A program made the position numbers and the translations under genes. DNA of 64,000 nucleotides, taken from Antedon mediterranea. Taxonomy: Eukaryota > Animalia > Echinodermata. The notes under the pieces were generated by a model that was not told the origin of the DNA, ran no database searches, and saw only the letters and a list, made by a program, of their open reading frames with translations. The stretch covers positions 12,090,001-12,154,000 of the forward strand of contig NC_092674.1 in NCBI RefSeq assembly GCF_964355755.1, in the 5' to 3' direction. Shown here piece by piece: positions 50,527-62,450 of the stretch (position 1 is its first letter; every line of letters starts with the position of its first letter).

Positions 50527-50760
50527 TTAAAGATTAAAATTATTGTCTCCCTGACAAAGTAATTTTTGCAAATATTTTTGTTGAATATGCAATTTTAATA
50601 TAACGTAATAGTTATTTAATATTTCACCAAAAATTGAATTTAAAAAAAATGATATAGTGCATACCCAAAAAACTGTAATTCAAAGCAAAAACTAGGCTAG
50701 AAATCAATGTGGTTTTGGTTAAATTAACTGTTTATTTTGTCTTTTTATAAGTGATATTTA
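50527..50760 (-). mobile_element. Partial Kolobok-type MITE (AGATGTATTGTCCC family)
   Basis: Reverse-complement similarity to about 22215-22442. Confidence 0.55.
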
Positions 50761-50764
50761 CTCT

Positions 50765-51420
50765 ATTTTTTAGATTATCTCTTTGATTGAACACTCTTCT
50801 AATTCAGTGAAGATCTTAAGTGTCTCCTTTCTTTACTAATCTTCCTTAACTTCTCTTTGGGCGATCGTAATCACTATTTGTTGAGGTATAAAAATTTCCT
50901 CTAAAATTGTAATGCCTGTTTTATTGAGTCAAATGATTTCTGATAATTTCTAAATCAAAGATTTGGTGATATTCATTTCATGTTATTTTAGTTGATTGAC
51001 AAACTGTATAAGATGGTCCTACTATATCTTGATTTATTTACTTCTAGTCGGTCTCTGATTTTATTTGTTGATTACTTTTGTAAATTAGTTTTGTACATGT
51101 GATAATGTTCGTTTGGTCGGTAATGGTTGATGTCAGTTTTGTCATGTTTTTGTGGATTAAAGTATATCATTGCTTTTCTTTATTTCTTCTGGTTTCAAAG
51201 ATTCTGTTCTGTATAGTGTTATGAGCTGGATGTGTTGGAGCTTTGTTTTCTTGCATTTGCCTTAAAGCCTCTTTCACTTTCTTTACAAGAATAGATGATT
51301 TTTTTCAGCATACTGCAAGCAATGAATCGGTAATTAGGTCATATGTTTTATGAGTATCAAAACGCATTGGTTAATTCTTCTTTTCTTTCTTTAAGATCTT
51401 GATTTTCTTTTTCTTTTTAA
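50765..51420 (-). mobile_element. Highly degenerate LINE (RTE-like) ORF2 fragment
   Basis: Minus strand KVKEALRQMQENKAP (pre-RT motif) within decayed coding-like sequence. Confidence 0.4.
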
Positions 51421-52729
51421 ATGTTAATCAACTTTAAGTTTATCTAATTTTATGTTGATATTAAGTGTTGCTCTTACTGTGTAGGCCTATGCGATGGAAT
51501 TATATATTGAAATTAAATGAAAATTTAAGTTTAAAGAAAATTGTAAAAGGTAAACTAAATAGGATATTGAATGTAGCTCTGGTTCATTAAATCTATATTT
51601 TAGGTATATTATAATAAGTATGACACATGCACGCTTACGCAGTGTATCCTGGTCATACCTCAAACTGCGATAACTGGCATTTATAGTAAAAATATGATAA
51701 CATCTTCTATTAGAGCTAATAAACGTTTACATTCTGAACAATTTGACACCAAATTTAACTTTTTATGACATTTGGTTACAGAGATACAGACATATTCAAA
51801 CATTTAAGGTCAAAGGTCAGTAAATGACATTTCCTGTGAATTTGGAAGAACATGTTTAATTAGAGTATATATAAATATGCTCTTAACAGTTTGAAACAAA
51901 TTTCAAGAAATTTTGACCAGTAGTTATTGAGATATAGTAAACCGAAGTAAAAGGTCAAAACATTCAGAAATCACATTTCCGGTCGTTTTTTTGAAAAAAG
52001 TTCTATTAGAGCAAATATAAATATGTACCCTCTGATCTATTTGACACAAATATCATTTCAATTGTCAAACCCGTTGCCGAGATATGGCTGTTTAAGATAG
52101 AAATATAAAAATTGAGGTCAAAGGTCACAGAGGTCAAATCAGATTTCCAGTAACTTTGTTTTGGTATCTCCATATTATGTTCTATCAACATGCCAAAGGG
52201 CACACTTGTATCCACTATGGTAACATCATTTCCCCTTAGGGACCGGACTAAGAGGGCGTATGTAAATAGCATCCATGTTATAAGTTGCGCTTTGAAGACA
52301 TGTGTTCTAGAGTTCGGATTCTAATGTCTTATTTGTGCCGAGATCGTATGTAACGTTCTAAACTAGTAGGCCGCACATTGTTTGTAAGTTGTTGGAGTAT
52401 TATATTACAATAATTAGAATTATATGAACCACAGTAGTGGCCTAGATTATTAAAGGCCGGTGCACACCGAACGCGAAGCAGTGAATTTCGCGTTAAAAAG
52501 TGACGCACGCGGCAGGCGACGGACGCTTCCAGTGTGAACATACAAGCGAACAGTGTACGATAGTCGAATTTCAACTTCACCGCGTTGAAAACGACAGCAG
52601 CGAAGGCTTCGCACGTGAATTTTCAAAAGTTGAACCTTGGTCAACTTTTTGAGGCGTCGCGAGCGCGGTTCTCGTTCGTCAACCAATCAGAAGTCAGGAA
52701 TATCCAGCGAAGACACCGACGGCAAAAAA

Positions 52730-52925
52730 ATGGTGGCTGACGAGCGACGTCTTATGGAAATACTTTGTCATTACCCTTCTTGTCTTTACGATAAGGGAAG
52801 TAAGTCATACACAGACAGAAACATAAGGATTAATGCATGAAGATAATAATTTCAGACAAACATCTGTGTAGAAAAATGCCAGAAAAACTAGGCCTAAAAC
52901 GCGTCAGAGATCAATTTGTAAAGTG
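52730..52925 (+). pseudogene. MADF (Myb/SANT-like) domain remnant
   Basis: MVADERRLMEILCHYPSCLYDKGSKSYTDRNIRINA* (conserved Trp replaced by TGA), then VRDQFVK in a shifted frame. CCAATCAG lies upstream at 52683. Confidence 0.75.
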
Positions 52926-53639
52926 AGTTGGCAAGCCTTCTATTTCTAGCCTACCTATGCCTAGGTTTAGGCTATACTAGGGCCTAGCTAGGCCTACCTA
53001 GCCTAGGCTACATATACCCTAGTAGGCTAGGCCATGCCAAGTAGTACTTACAGGCCTACATAATACTTACTAATCCCTACTAGTCTACTATGTGCTAGGC
53101 TAGGTCTATGCCTAGCCTACTTATTATTAATTAATATTTATAGGCCAGTTGATTTAGTGTTGTAAGGCTAGGATAGGCCTACTGTTGTTTTTGTTTCTTT
53201 TAATTAGGTCAATTAGATGAACATTGATAAATGGGATCCTTCAGGCTATTGCCAGCGTTACAAACTCCACCAATGACCAAGCTAGTAGTTTAAGCGGCCA
53301 GTATTATTATTGCCATGGAATTAAGAGCAATTGCTCCTCAAAAACGTGGACTGGCAATTATGAGGCTGATACAGGTTTGTATAGACTTTTTTCAAATGGG
53401 TATGTCAGTTGGTGACATACATTGGCCAGAAAAAAATGATTTGAGCAATATGCCTTACTATAGCAATTTTTTAATACTTGTTTCATTTTTTTTAAATAGA
53501 AAATGGAAGAGATTAAGGAGGAGTTGGACTGTAACTAGTATTTATTAAGTGGTTATACAGTAGAAGGAAAGCTGAACTGAATGTCTTTTTTTAGCAATAG
53601 AGAACACATGGAAATATATTATGTATATGTTTTGTTTTA

Positions 53640-53997
53640 CTCCAATAATAAAAAAAATAGTCAAATTTGCTGCCAGCTAATGGAATTTTTTTTATTTTAT
53701 AAGTGAAAACATAAGTTTTTTGGTTTTTTTTTCTATGTAAGTGATTAACTTTGTTAAAACTACAAAATGGCCTATTCAAATTTATTTTAATCATCTTCAT
53801 TTTTCATGATTCTATGGGACAATACATCTTTAAGTTTAGTGTCATTTTTTGGACAAGATATATTGTCTTCCTGAAAACATAATTTAAAACATTTTCGTTG
53901 TGTGTAATACAGTATAACACTTTAGGGTTAGTTATTCACTTTTAACAATAATAATATTTCTTCAATTTAAATTTTTTTTGGGATGATACATTTTAAA
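53640..53997 (-). mobile_element. Two partial Kolobok-type MITE copies nested in the Harbinger element
   Basis: GGGACAATACATCT|TTAA at 53816-53833 with reverse homology to about 22097-22290; AGATATATTGTC...GGGATGATACAT at about 53856-53992. Confidence 0.65.
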
Positions 53998-54989
53998 TTT
54001 ATTATTTTGATATTATTTTGCGAAAGTATTCAGGAGTAGTAAAAAAGAAAATCTGGTTGATATTTAATGATACCTTTAAAAACAATGATTCACTATTTCA
54101 ATAAGTGTATTTATGTGAAAAAAAAAAGTCATACAGATAATATACAGTGTAAATATGAGTTTGGGATATTTATTACATTTAATCAAATGAGAAAAAAAAC
54201 TGTATGTTTTGTCATGAATAATATAATATTTAATAAATAATTAGAAAATGAATGTGAAAACTTTACATTAATATATATGCCTATAGTTTATATTTGAAAG
54301 TGACAAACCCATGAAGATTTCCAGTTCGTGTTTATATATATATATATATATATGTATATAAATGTTTTATATGGTTATAATAACCTCTGTTAGATATTTG
54401 TAACACCACTAATAAATACAGTCAGCAGATCACATGTACATGTAATCAACATGCAATAAATGCTTTAATTCTTGTAACTGTATTGATATTGGATACATCT
54501 TCTTCTGTCCTTGTGATATATACATACATTCATGTACATTTCAGGCTTTGGAGAAGGATAACATTTTCCCACCAAAACCAAACACTGTGATTGGTGTAAC
54601 CAGGGAAGAGTTAAATTACATTTTAACTCTTCTCTGGTTAAACTTGCATAGCAAATACTTCAGAGTCATCTTCTCTGATTATTTTAAATGTAGCATTGTA
54701 TTGGCCAACCCACTATCTCCTAGGCTTAGCAATCGCGACGAATCAGCACATCGTGACGCGTTTAGTGGGAACCGACAAAAAAAACTAATAGACGCATGAC
54801 AATTCAACTTTCAAAGCGATCCGTCGAATGACGCGTGACGCATGACGCTTCGCGGCTTCGCGTTCGGTGTGCGCCGGCCTTAATGCTATACTACATTGTG
54901 GTCGTAGGCCTATGCCTGCGTAGATTGATTTATGAATCGTATACGATCGCTCGAACAGCATGGCGATAAACACGAGTCTCCGTGTAGGT

Positions 54990-56992
54990 CACAGTGCATA
55001 TCGGCCGCCAGTCATTTCGGCCGCCGGTTATGAAACGCCTAAAATCATGAAACGCCAAAAAGGACAAAATATGTATTGTTCATTTCGGCCGCCACAATCG
55101 TCAATATTGTTAATGTATGGCACGCCTCAATTATAAAAAATGGTGTATACACATGTGCCTATCGCCTGAATAGACGTGCGTATTCAAACAGCAAGCAGCA
55201 ATCAACAAAAACGATCATACTTTTTGATTTGTATAGAGTTGCGCTATTTTACTATCATTCGCCGGCTTCTTCTTGACTGAGCCCAACCCCAACCAATTAG
55301 ATATAATTATATCAGGCATATAATAATTTACCTCTATTTATATGTATTGTAATTATTATATTATATAGGGAATGTACGTCTGTCCTTTATTATGCAAACA
55401 ATTACGTAAAAGAGAACAATTTATATAAAAACAATAATTGTTACAATGTATAGCCCGTAAAGCCAGCGTATCCATGTTTATACTTATGCATACTGTGTGG
55501 CAGATTATATCATGTCGTTAACAACATAACCTACTATTCGATCACCTAATTTTATTTTTTTATTTTATTTACATCCGTTATGTAGGATAATATTAAGTGT
55601 ATAATAATAATTGTTGAGACAAATCACGTGTATACTTTTATTTCTAATGTTATGTTTAAAATAGTTGTTAGTAAAAATGATCATTATATGCGGATGGTTA
55701 AAAGGCGAGTTACTGAAATAAACCCCCGAATAAGCCGTATTGGGGGAGATGCGCTTTCTATGATCGTGCAGCTGTTTCCTCTAACAATGCGTTATTTTGC
55801 TGACGGGGTTTCCCCTTTTTAAAAAGCACGCACTTGTTAGCGTGTCAAATCATGGACAAAACACGTACGATCGTAGTCCATGGCCAGGTAAAGATGACGT
55901 CTATTACTAATAACCATACTTTTAAAACGTCTATATGCCTCCTGCACGTGTTTTTGTGAAACGATGTATATAATTTACGTATACTGTACGTCGATACTAT
56001 AGATTTTAATTTGAAAAATATCTTTTATTTCTTTATTTACAATAATCATTTAATGTAAATAATTAAGTAAGTAGTCTCACATAACATCCACACGACGTTC
56101 GTAAATATAAATGTTTAAATATCAGTACCTCTTTGAGAATCGTGCCCACCTTTATTATCCATACATTATTCTCACATCTATCATTGTACATCATAGACCT
56201 ACTGTAGGGCTGGTAGATTGATTTATAACGGAATATTATCTATATATTTTATTATTATCCTAAACCATGCTCACGTCAGAGTGGCGGATATCGGATGCAA
56301 AAATCATCATCATGCATCAAATTCCTTTATTGCATAAGCCTCATTGAGCTGGTATCCACTTGCAGGTATAAAACGAGTTTTGTAATTAACTGTGATTAAA
56401 AAATACGCAATAGGCACGTCTACTTGTTTAACTATTAAATTATTATTTATTTTCAAAACCTTAAACAACGTCATGCTAAAAGAACACATTACAATTCATT
56501 AAAACCTGTAAGATAAAATGGAAACACAAATTATTTATAAATAATGAGATAAATATTTATATTTACTGTACTTAAAAAATAACGATCGAGGTTTAAAAAA
56601 ATGTCAAACAGTATTATTAGAAATTTCAATATTCAAAATTAACTAAAAACATAATGAACGTTTTCATTAAAAATGTATCTAATGCGCCATATACAAATTA
56701 GCGCGACCAAAATAAAACGCGACCGATATCAAACGTAACTAATAGGATAAAAAGCGTATCTAGCGGCGCTCCATACCAAATACCGGATGTTTATTTTATC
56801 GCAACCGATTTCAAACGCGATCGATTTCATCTGACACCATTTACACACGTCTATTCAGACGATAGGCACATGTATACACCCTTTTTGACAATTAAGGCGT
56901 GCCATACGTTATTAACAATAATAATTGACGATTCTGGCGGCCGAAATGAACAATACATATTTTGTCTTTTTTGGCGTTTCATGATTTTGGGC
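54990..56992. mobile_element. Foldback-type non-autonomous DNA element with inverted arms of about 145 bp
   Basis: 55037-55182 is the reverse complement of 56842-56992 (AAAATCATGAAACGCCAAAAA...TGTATACACATGTGCCTATCG). Subterminal TCGGCCGCC and ATGAAACGCC repeats. Superfamily not determined. Confidence 0.8.
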
Positions 56993-57211
56993 CTGTTCTA
57001 TTTTGTATGCCGAACCTATAGAAGTAGTCACGTCCGTATGAGGGCGCGGTTGATTATTTGATATCTTTATTTACTATGTTCTTTAGGCATGTACACCTCC
57101 GTAAGAGGGCGCTACGTTTGATCTGTTTTGCAGATAGTTTTATATTTATGTTATGTTTATTATTACTATTTGGAGCTGGACTTAAGTATGCTTAATTTCA
57201 GTTCACCCTGT

Positions 57212-57696
57212 TTATGGCTGAATTTGCTGTATTAAAGAGTCAGTCAACAAGTGATTGTGTTGCAGTCGTGGATTGGGTTTATCTACTGAATAGCGAGTTT
57301 GACGGTTCAAGCTTGTGAGGTCAGCACAATGCTCAAGGAATTGAGAATTTGTGCATAAACGCATTATGCGCTTTTGTTTGCGATAAACAGTTTCAAGGCG
57401 ACAGTTATTGTGGTCAGCCCAAATCAAGCTACAGTATTGAATATGAGGAAGGACTAGAGTCTTGTATAAGGACGATAGAACATTGACATGTAAAATTGGT
57501 TTTAGGTTAAAAAGAATACCAGAATATTTTGAAACTAAGTTTGCAATATGGATTGTATGTTGATTCCAGGTTAAGCATTCGTCCATTATTACACCAAGAA
57601 ATTTACAACTAGTTACACGAGAGATGTTATTATTATCAATGAAAATGTTAAGGTCACTGTAAACACGGTTACTATATTTGTTCTTAAAAATCATAT
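57212..57696 (-). mobile_element. CR1/L2-group LINE ORF2 C-terminal fragment
   Basis: KFLGVIMDECLTWNQH...LYKTLVLPHIQYCSLIWA...QKRIMRL. Confidence 0.88.
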
Positions 57697-59345
57697 AATA
57701 TAATAATAATAATAATAAATACTTCATTTTAACACGGAAAAGCATTTTAAAAATAACAAATTAGAGAACTAAATTAGATTAAGGAAGAGAATATATAAAT
57801 TAGATATGATGAATCTATTATGTTTTTTTTGTTTTTGTTTTTTTTGTTTTTTTTTCTTGCTACTATATTGTAAATATGTATACCTTGATGATTTGAAAAC
57901 AAAAAGACAAAATGTGAAAAGCTTTTTATAGATTGATGATAAAAAAATGATGAAGGATAAGAATGTTTAGGTATAAGTGGTGAAGTGTATTCATCAAAGC
58001 TTTCATATAGGTATATATATGTAATATGCACATTCTTACTGCATGTGGAATTTTGAAATGATAAAATTGTTAAAAAGAAAAAAAAAATTTCTAATTTTTT
58101 TAATGGATCATTAAACATAAATGTTGTTAAATGATAATGTATGTATAAAAAAATAATAGAATAAATAATAAGTAAAAAGTAAAAAATTGAATGAACCCAC
58201 ATAAGAAAAAAAAAAGTTAAATAAAACTTTGATGGGTTATACTGTAGATGCAAAAAAGAATAATCTGTTGGAAATAAATTTTGTAAACATTTAAAGATCA
58301 AAAAAATCAATGTTACAGGATGAGGAAAATATAATGTTAACAGTAAAAAGTTAGTAAGTAATTAGTATAACAGAGAATATGCATTGTTTAAATGAAAATA
58401 TGTTTGCATAGATAAATCCAAAGAAAAATAAAATGGGACAAACCCATGGGATGGATTTATTAAACATAAACGTATTATATTTGTATGAAATAAATATGCA
58501 TGTAGATGAAAAAAAAAAACAACTATGTAAGAAAAAATAAGCTTTGTTAATGAAAATGTGTTGTATAAACAAAATAATATATGGAAATAGTTTTTTAAAG
58601 AAAATAAGTAAAAAAAAAGTGGAATGAATCCACATAAGAGAAGAAAGTAAAAAAGTTAAATGAAAATGTAAGAAGTTATAGATGCAAAAAAAGGATAATC
58701 TGCTGGAAATAAAAGTTTTTTAAACATTAAAGAACAAAAATATTAATATTAATGTTAAAGGATGAGAACAATATTATGTTAACAGTAAACATTTAGTAAG
58801 TAATGAGTATAACAGAGAATATGCATTGTTAAATGAAAATGTGGTAGATGAAAAAAACAAAAACAACTATGTAAGAAAAAAATAAGCTTTTTAATGAAAA
58901 TGTGTTACAGATAATATGTATAAAAAGAGGAAGTTATGTAATCAATGTGATAATATGTAAACAAATGAATAAAACTCTTTAAATAAGTACAGTATAATGT
59001 AAACAGATGATTAAACAAACATTGTAAATATAATGATATGTATAGTGTATAGTGAAAAATATATGTAAAGAGAACAGTTGTATGGAAATAAAAGTGGGAT
59101 GAACCCACATAAGATGAAAAAAAAATTAGAAAACAAAAATATATGAACAGAAACCTTAATTACATTTATGCTAAGAGTACAAAATAAATAATAAATCACA
59201 CCAATAATTTTTTTAAAGTATTTGAATTTGTGGCATTTTGCATTGGTTTTTTTTAGAGTATTCCATAAACTAGCACCATGATATGAAAAACTTTTTTTTT
59301 TATATTCTGTTTTGGGTTTATCCAATTTTAATACATCCTTTGATC
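57697..59345 (-). mobile_element. CR1/L2-group LINE extreme 3' end with a long, internally duplicated T-rich 3' UTR
   Basis: ORF2 end LKLDKPKTEYKKKSFSYHGASLWNTL (about 59335-59255), tandem unit of about 430 bp (about 58185 and 58615; motif GAA(C/T)CCACATAAGA also at about 59101), and a (TTA)n tail at about 57697-57718. Confidence 0.65.
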
Positions 59346-59349
59346 TTGT

Positions 59350-59803
59350 ATTGTATGGGTCAAAGGTCACAAAATAGAATTTTCGGTCATGTTTCAACAA
59401 AATGTTTAAAAAGGGTAAATAGAAATATGTATGTTCTGAACATTTTGACACCAATATCAAGACTCTGTGATTTGCAGTTACGTAGATATATAAACGTCAT
59501 GCCGTATATGTCAAAGGTCACAAAATAGAATTTCCGGTCATGTTTCAACAAAATGTTCAAAAGTGTAAATATAAACATATATATTTTGAACAATTTGACA
59601 CCAAATACAGCTGTCTACTACAAGCGGTTACCGATTTTCAAAAATTGGCGGCCATCTTTTTTAACGTCAAATTTTGAACCTTTGCGGTAGTCCGATTTTG
59701 GTAAACTTTTGATATATTTTTTTTTAGACCATTTTTTATTGTAATTCATCAAAAAACATTTTCTTGCAATTTTTTGGGGTAATGAAACAGTTTGACTCGA
59801 CTA
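59350..59803. mobile_element. Right-hand part of another Academ-like AGGTCA-rich element
   Basis: Ends ...GACTCGACTA. Direct repeat GTCAAAGGTCACAAAATAGAATTT...TTTGACACCAA at about 59359 and 59510. TTTGACACCAAA and ACAAGCGGTTAC are shared with 14633-15344. Confidence 0.55.
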
Positions 59804-59983
59804 ACAGTACTGCCGGCTTTGCGTAGTTCAACAAATTAATTGATCTTAAAAAGGATGTAGAAGGATGTATTCTCATTCTGTACAGTACGGAAGTTCATTT
59901 GCATATAAAAGGGTGTCTCCTGTCAAACGTAATTGTTGTTCTCACCTACTACACTAGCTGTATTAAACAACACAATTAAGTAA

Positions 59984-60026
59984 CAATCTATGCCATTTGC
60001 ATACTGTATGCAAATGGAATAGATTG
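59984..60026. repeat. Near-perfect palindrome (about 42 bp) with two opposed octamer motifs
   Basis: CAATCTATGCCATTTGCATAC-T-GTATGCAAATGGAATAGATTG. Confidence 0.85.
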
Positions 60027-60075
60027 CAGCATACAGATGACAGGATGTCCCCTGTAAATCGCGTATTGATACGTA

Positions 60076-61929
60076 CGCCCGTATTCTTAAACCGGACTTT
60101 AGTCGTAGTTCAAGCTAAAACTAAAAAAATGACGTCATTTTAATTCATAAACCGAACTTCAACTAAATCACCGACTAACGCCCGTATTCTTAAACCGGAC
60201 TTTAGTCGTAGTTCGAGCTAAAACTAAAAAAATGACGTCATTTTAATTCATAAACCGAACTTCAACTAAATCACCGACTAAATCAGGCCAACCTCGACTA
60301 AATCGAGACGGATTTTGATCGATTTTTTTAGTCCTGGAGAGGGCAGACTAAATGGTCGACTAAATGGTTTTTAAACGAAGTTTATAAAAAACGTAACAGT
60401 CATTGAGTTGTTATATTGGCCAGATATTGAAGAATGAAATATCTATATTTATATTAGCTTAATTAAATATACATTGGTATAAATTATAATAATGAAAATC
60501 ATCTTTATTTACAACTGTATACAAATTACATTATTTTCTTCGCGCAAGTCCAACTTGAGCTACGTCACGCCATAGCGACAATGGGAGATGCGGCAATTCA
60601 CCACGCGATGGAATGTTTAGGGGGCCTAGCGCTTTCTTGTCACGCTATGAAGTGCGTGGTTCGTGGCGATCATACTTTGTTGGGGGCCTAGAAAAAATAA
60701 AAGTTACCGTACCGCCATGGTTCCTAAATATATTTTTAAGATTTTATTTGTTGTTAATCAAATATACTTCACTGTTAAATTATTACTGATATTGTTCTAA
60801 TAATTAACGATTAAAATTATTTTTCATGTATATAGTCCTGATGCGTAAAAAGTGTTGTAAGAAATGGAAAGTGATATCAATGCGCAAAATTTCGTCTGCT
60901 CCTCAAATACTCTCTTGTCATTGGCCAATGTATAGCCTTTGTTACCCAGACGTGTGCAACTCGACTAAAAGCTCGACTTCATTAAGTCGAACTGCAAACT
61001 TCGACTACTTCGTTTTTTAATCGAATTTGAAGTAATAGCTCGAACTACGACTTTTCCAAGTCGAACTTTGAACTACGACTAAAGTCCGGTTTAAGAATAC
61101 GGGCGTAAATCAGGCCAACCTCGACTAAATCGAGACGGATTTTGATCGATTTTTTTAGTCCTAGAGGGGGCAGACTAAATGGTCGACTAAATGGTTTTTA
61201 AACGATGTTTATAAAAAAACGTAACAGTCATTGAGTTGTTATATTGGCCAGATATTGAAGAATGAAATATCTATATTTATATTAGCTTAATTAAATATAC
61301 ATTGGTATAAATTATAATAATGGAAATCATCTTTATTTACAACTGTATACAAATTACATTATTTTCTTCGCGCAAGTCCTACTTGAGCTACGTCACGCCA
61401 TAGCGACAATGGGAGATGCGGCAATTCACCACGCGATGGAATGTTTAGGGGGCCTAGCGCTTTCTTGTCACGCTATGAAGTGCGTGGTTCGTGGCGATCA
61501 TACTTTGTAGCCTAGAAAATATAAAAGTTACCGTACCGCCATGGTTCCTAAATATATTTTTAAGATTTTATTTGTTGTTAATCAAATATACTTCACTGTT
61601 AAATTAATACTGATATTGTTCTAATAATTAACGATTAAAATTATTTTTCATGTATATAGTCTTGATGCGTAAAAAGTGTTGTAAGAAATGGAAAGTGATA
61701 TCAATGCGCAAAATTTCGTCTGCTCCTCAAATACTCTCTTGTCATTGGCCAATGTATAGCCTTTGTTACCCAGACGTGTGCAACTCGACTAAAAGCTCGA
61801 CTTCATTAAGTCGAACTGCAAACTTCGACTACTTCGTTTTTGAATCGAATTTGAAGTAATAGCTCGAACTACGACTTTTTCAAGTCGAACTTCGAACTAC
61901 GACTAAAGTCCGGTTTAAGAATACGGGCG
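60076..61929. mobile_element. PIF/Harbinger-type MITE (about 924 bp, outer copy) interrupted by a copy of itself
   Basis: 36-bp perfect TIR CGCCCGTATTCTTAAACCGGACTTTAGTCGTAGTTC; flanks GTA / TTA. Confidence 0.9.
60179..61105. mobile_element. PIF/Harbinger-type MITE (927 bp, inner copy)
   Basis: Same TIRs; TSD TAA at 60176-60178 and 61106-61108. Removing it restores CACCGACTAAATCAGGCC in the outer copy. Confidence 0.93.
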
Positions 61930-62450
61930 TTAGCTACCATACTACCATTGTATGTAAACAAACCGGTTAATGAATTCTAAAGTAACCTAATCTTAAGACA
62001 CATTGGGATGTTCCAGTCTATAGCGGATTTGTGACTGTCTGTAATTACTTTACTATCACCCGACTAAAGCACATGGCTTAAATAGTACCGGTATGTTTGT
62101 ATTGTTGTTATGGCCTTTTTTAAATAATATACTATAATGTACCGACGTACTGTGTATTATTATTATTTATGTCTTTGAATTTCCTAATTGACCCAAACAT
62201 GACGGATACACTAGATAGGCCTAGATAGTTATTACTCTACTGTATTTAAACACTTGTTATTTACAGTATACTGTAGTAATATTCTTAATTAACCTTATTA
62301 TTTTTTTCTATCTTTTTTTTTCTTTTTAATAATGTTACTTTTTTTATGTAATACAACTGATGATGATGAAGATCACAATCCCGATCTTATGTATAATGAA
62401 TCTAAATACTACCATGCTGAAGAATTTAAACAATTAATATATAGTTTAAA

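Larger units (their letters stand above)
49440..52250. mobile_element. Non-autonomous Academ-type transposon (2.8 kb) with long diverged TIRs and nested insertions
   Basis: TAGTCCAGTCCCTAA...TTAGGGACCGGACTA termini and 3-bp TSD AGA (49437-49439 / 52251-52253). Inverted homology extends several hundred bp (49440-about 50050 vs about 51690-52250). Confidence 0.85.
52454..54880 (+). mobile_element. PIF/Harbinger deletion derivative (2427 bp) carrying a MADF/Myb-SANT gene remnant
   Basis: TAA|AGGCCGGTGCACACCGAACGCGAAGC...GCTTCGCGTTCGGTGTGCGCCGGCCT|TAA: 26-bp TIR with 1 mismatch and a TAA TSD. Confidence 0.9.

Noticed and set aside
57774-59108. Phe/Ile/Tyr-rich minus-strand ORFs resembling membrane proteins
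   Set aside because: By-product of T-rich low-complexity repeat sequence.
59946-60075. Possible RPTP signal exon (...YLIVLFNTASVV-G|GTGAG)
   Set aside because: Phase and donor fit, but there is no in-frame ATG before the MITE and the frame runs through a palindrome.
60826-61859. Duplicated 64/69-aa ORFs
   Set aside because: Incidental ORFs inside the two MITE copies, with no recognisable domain.
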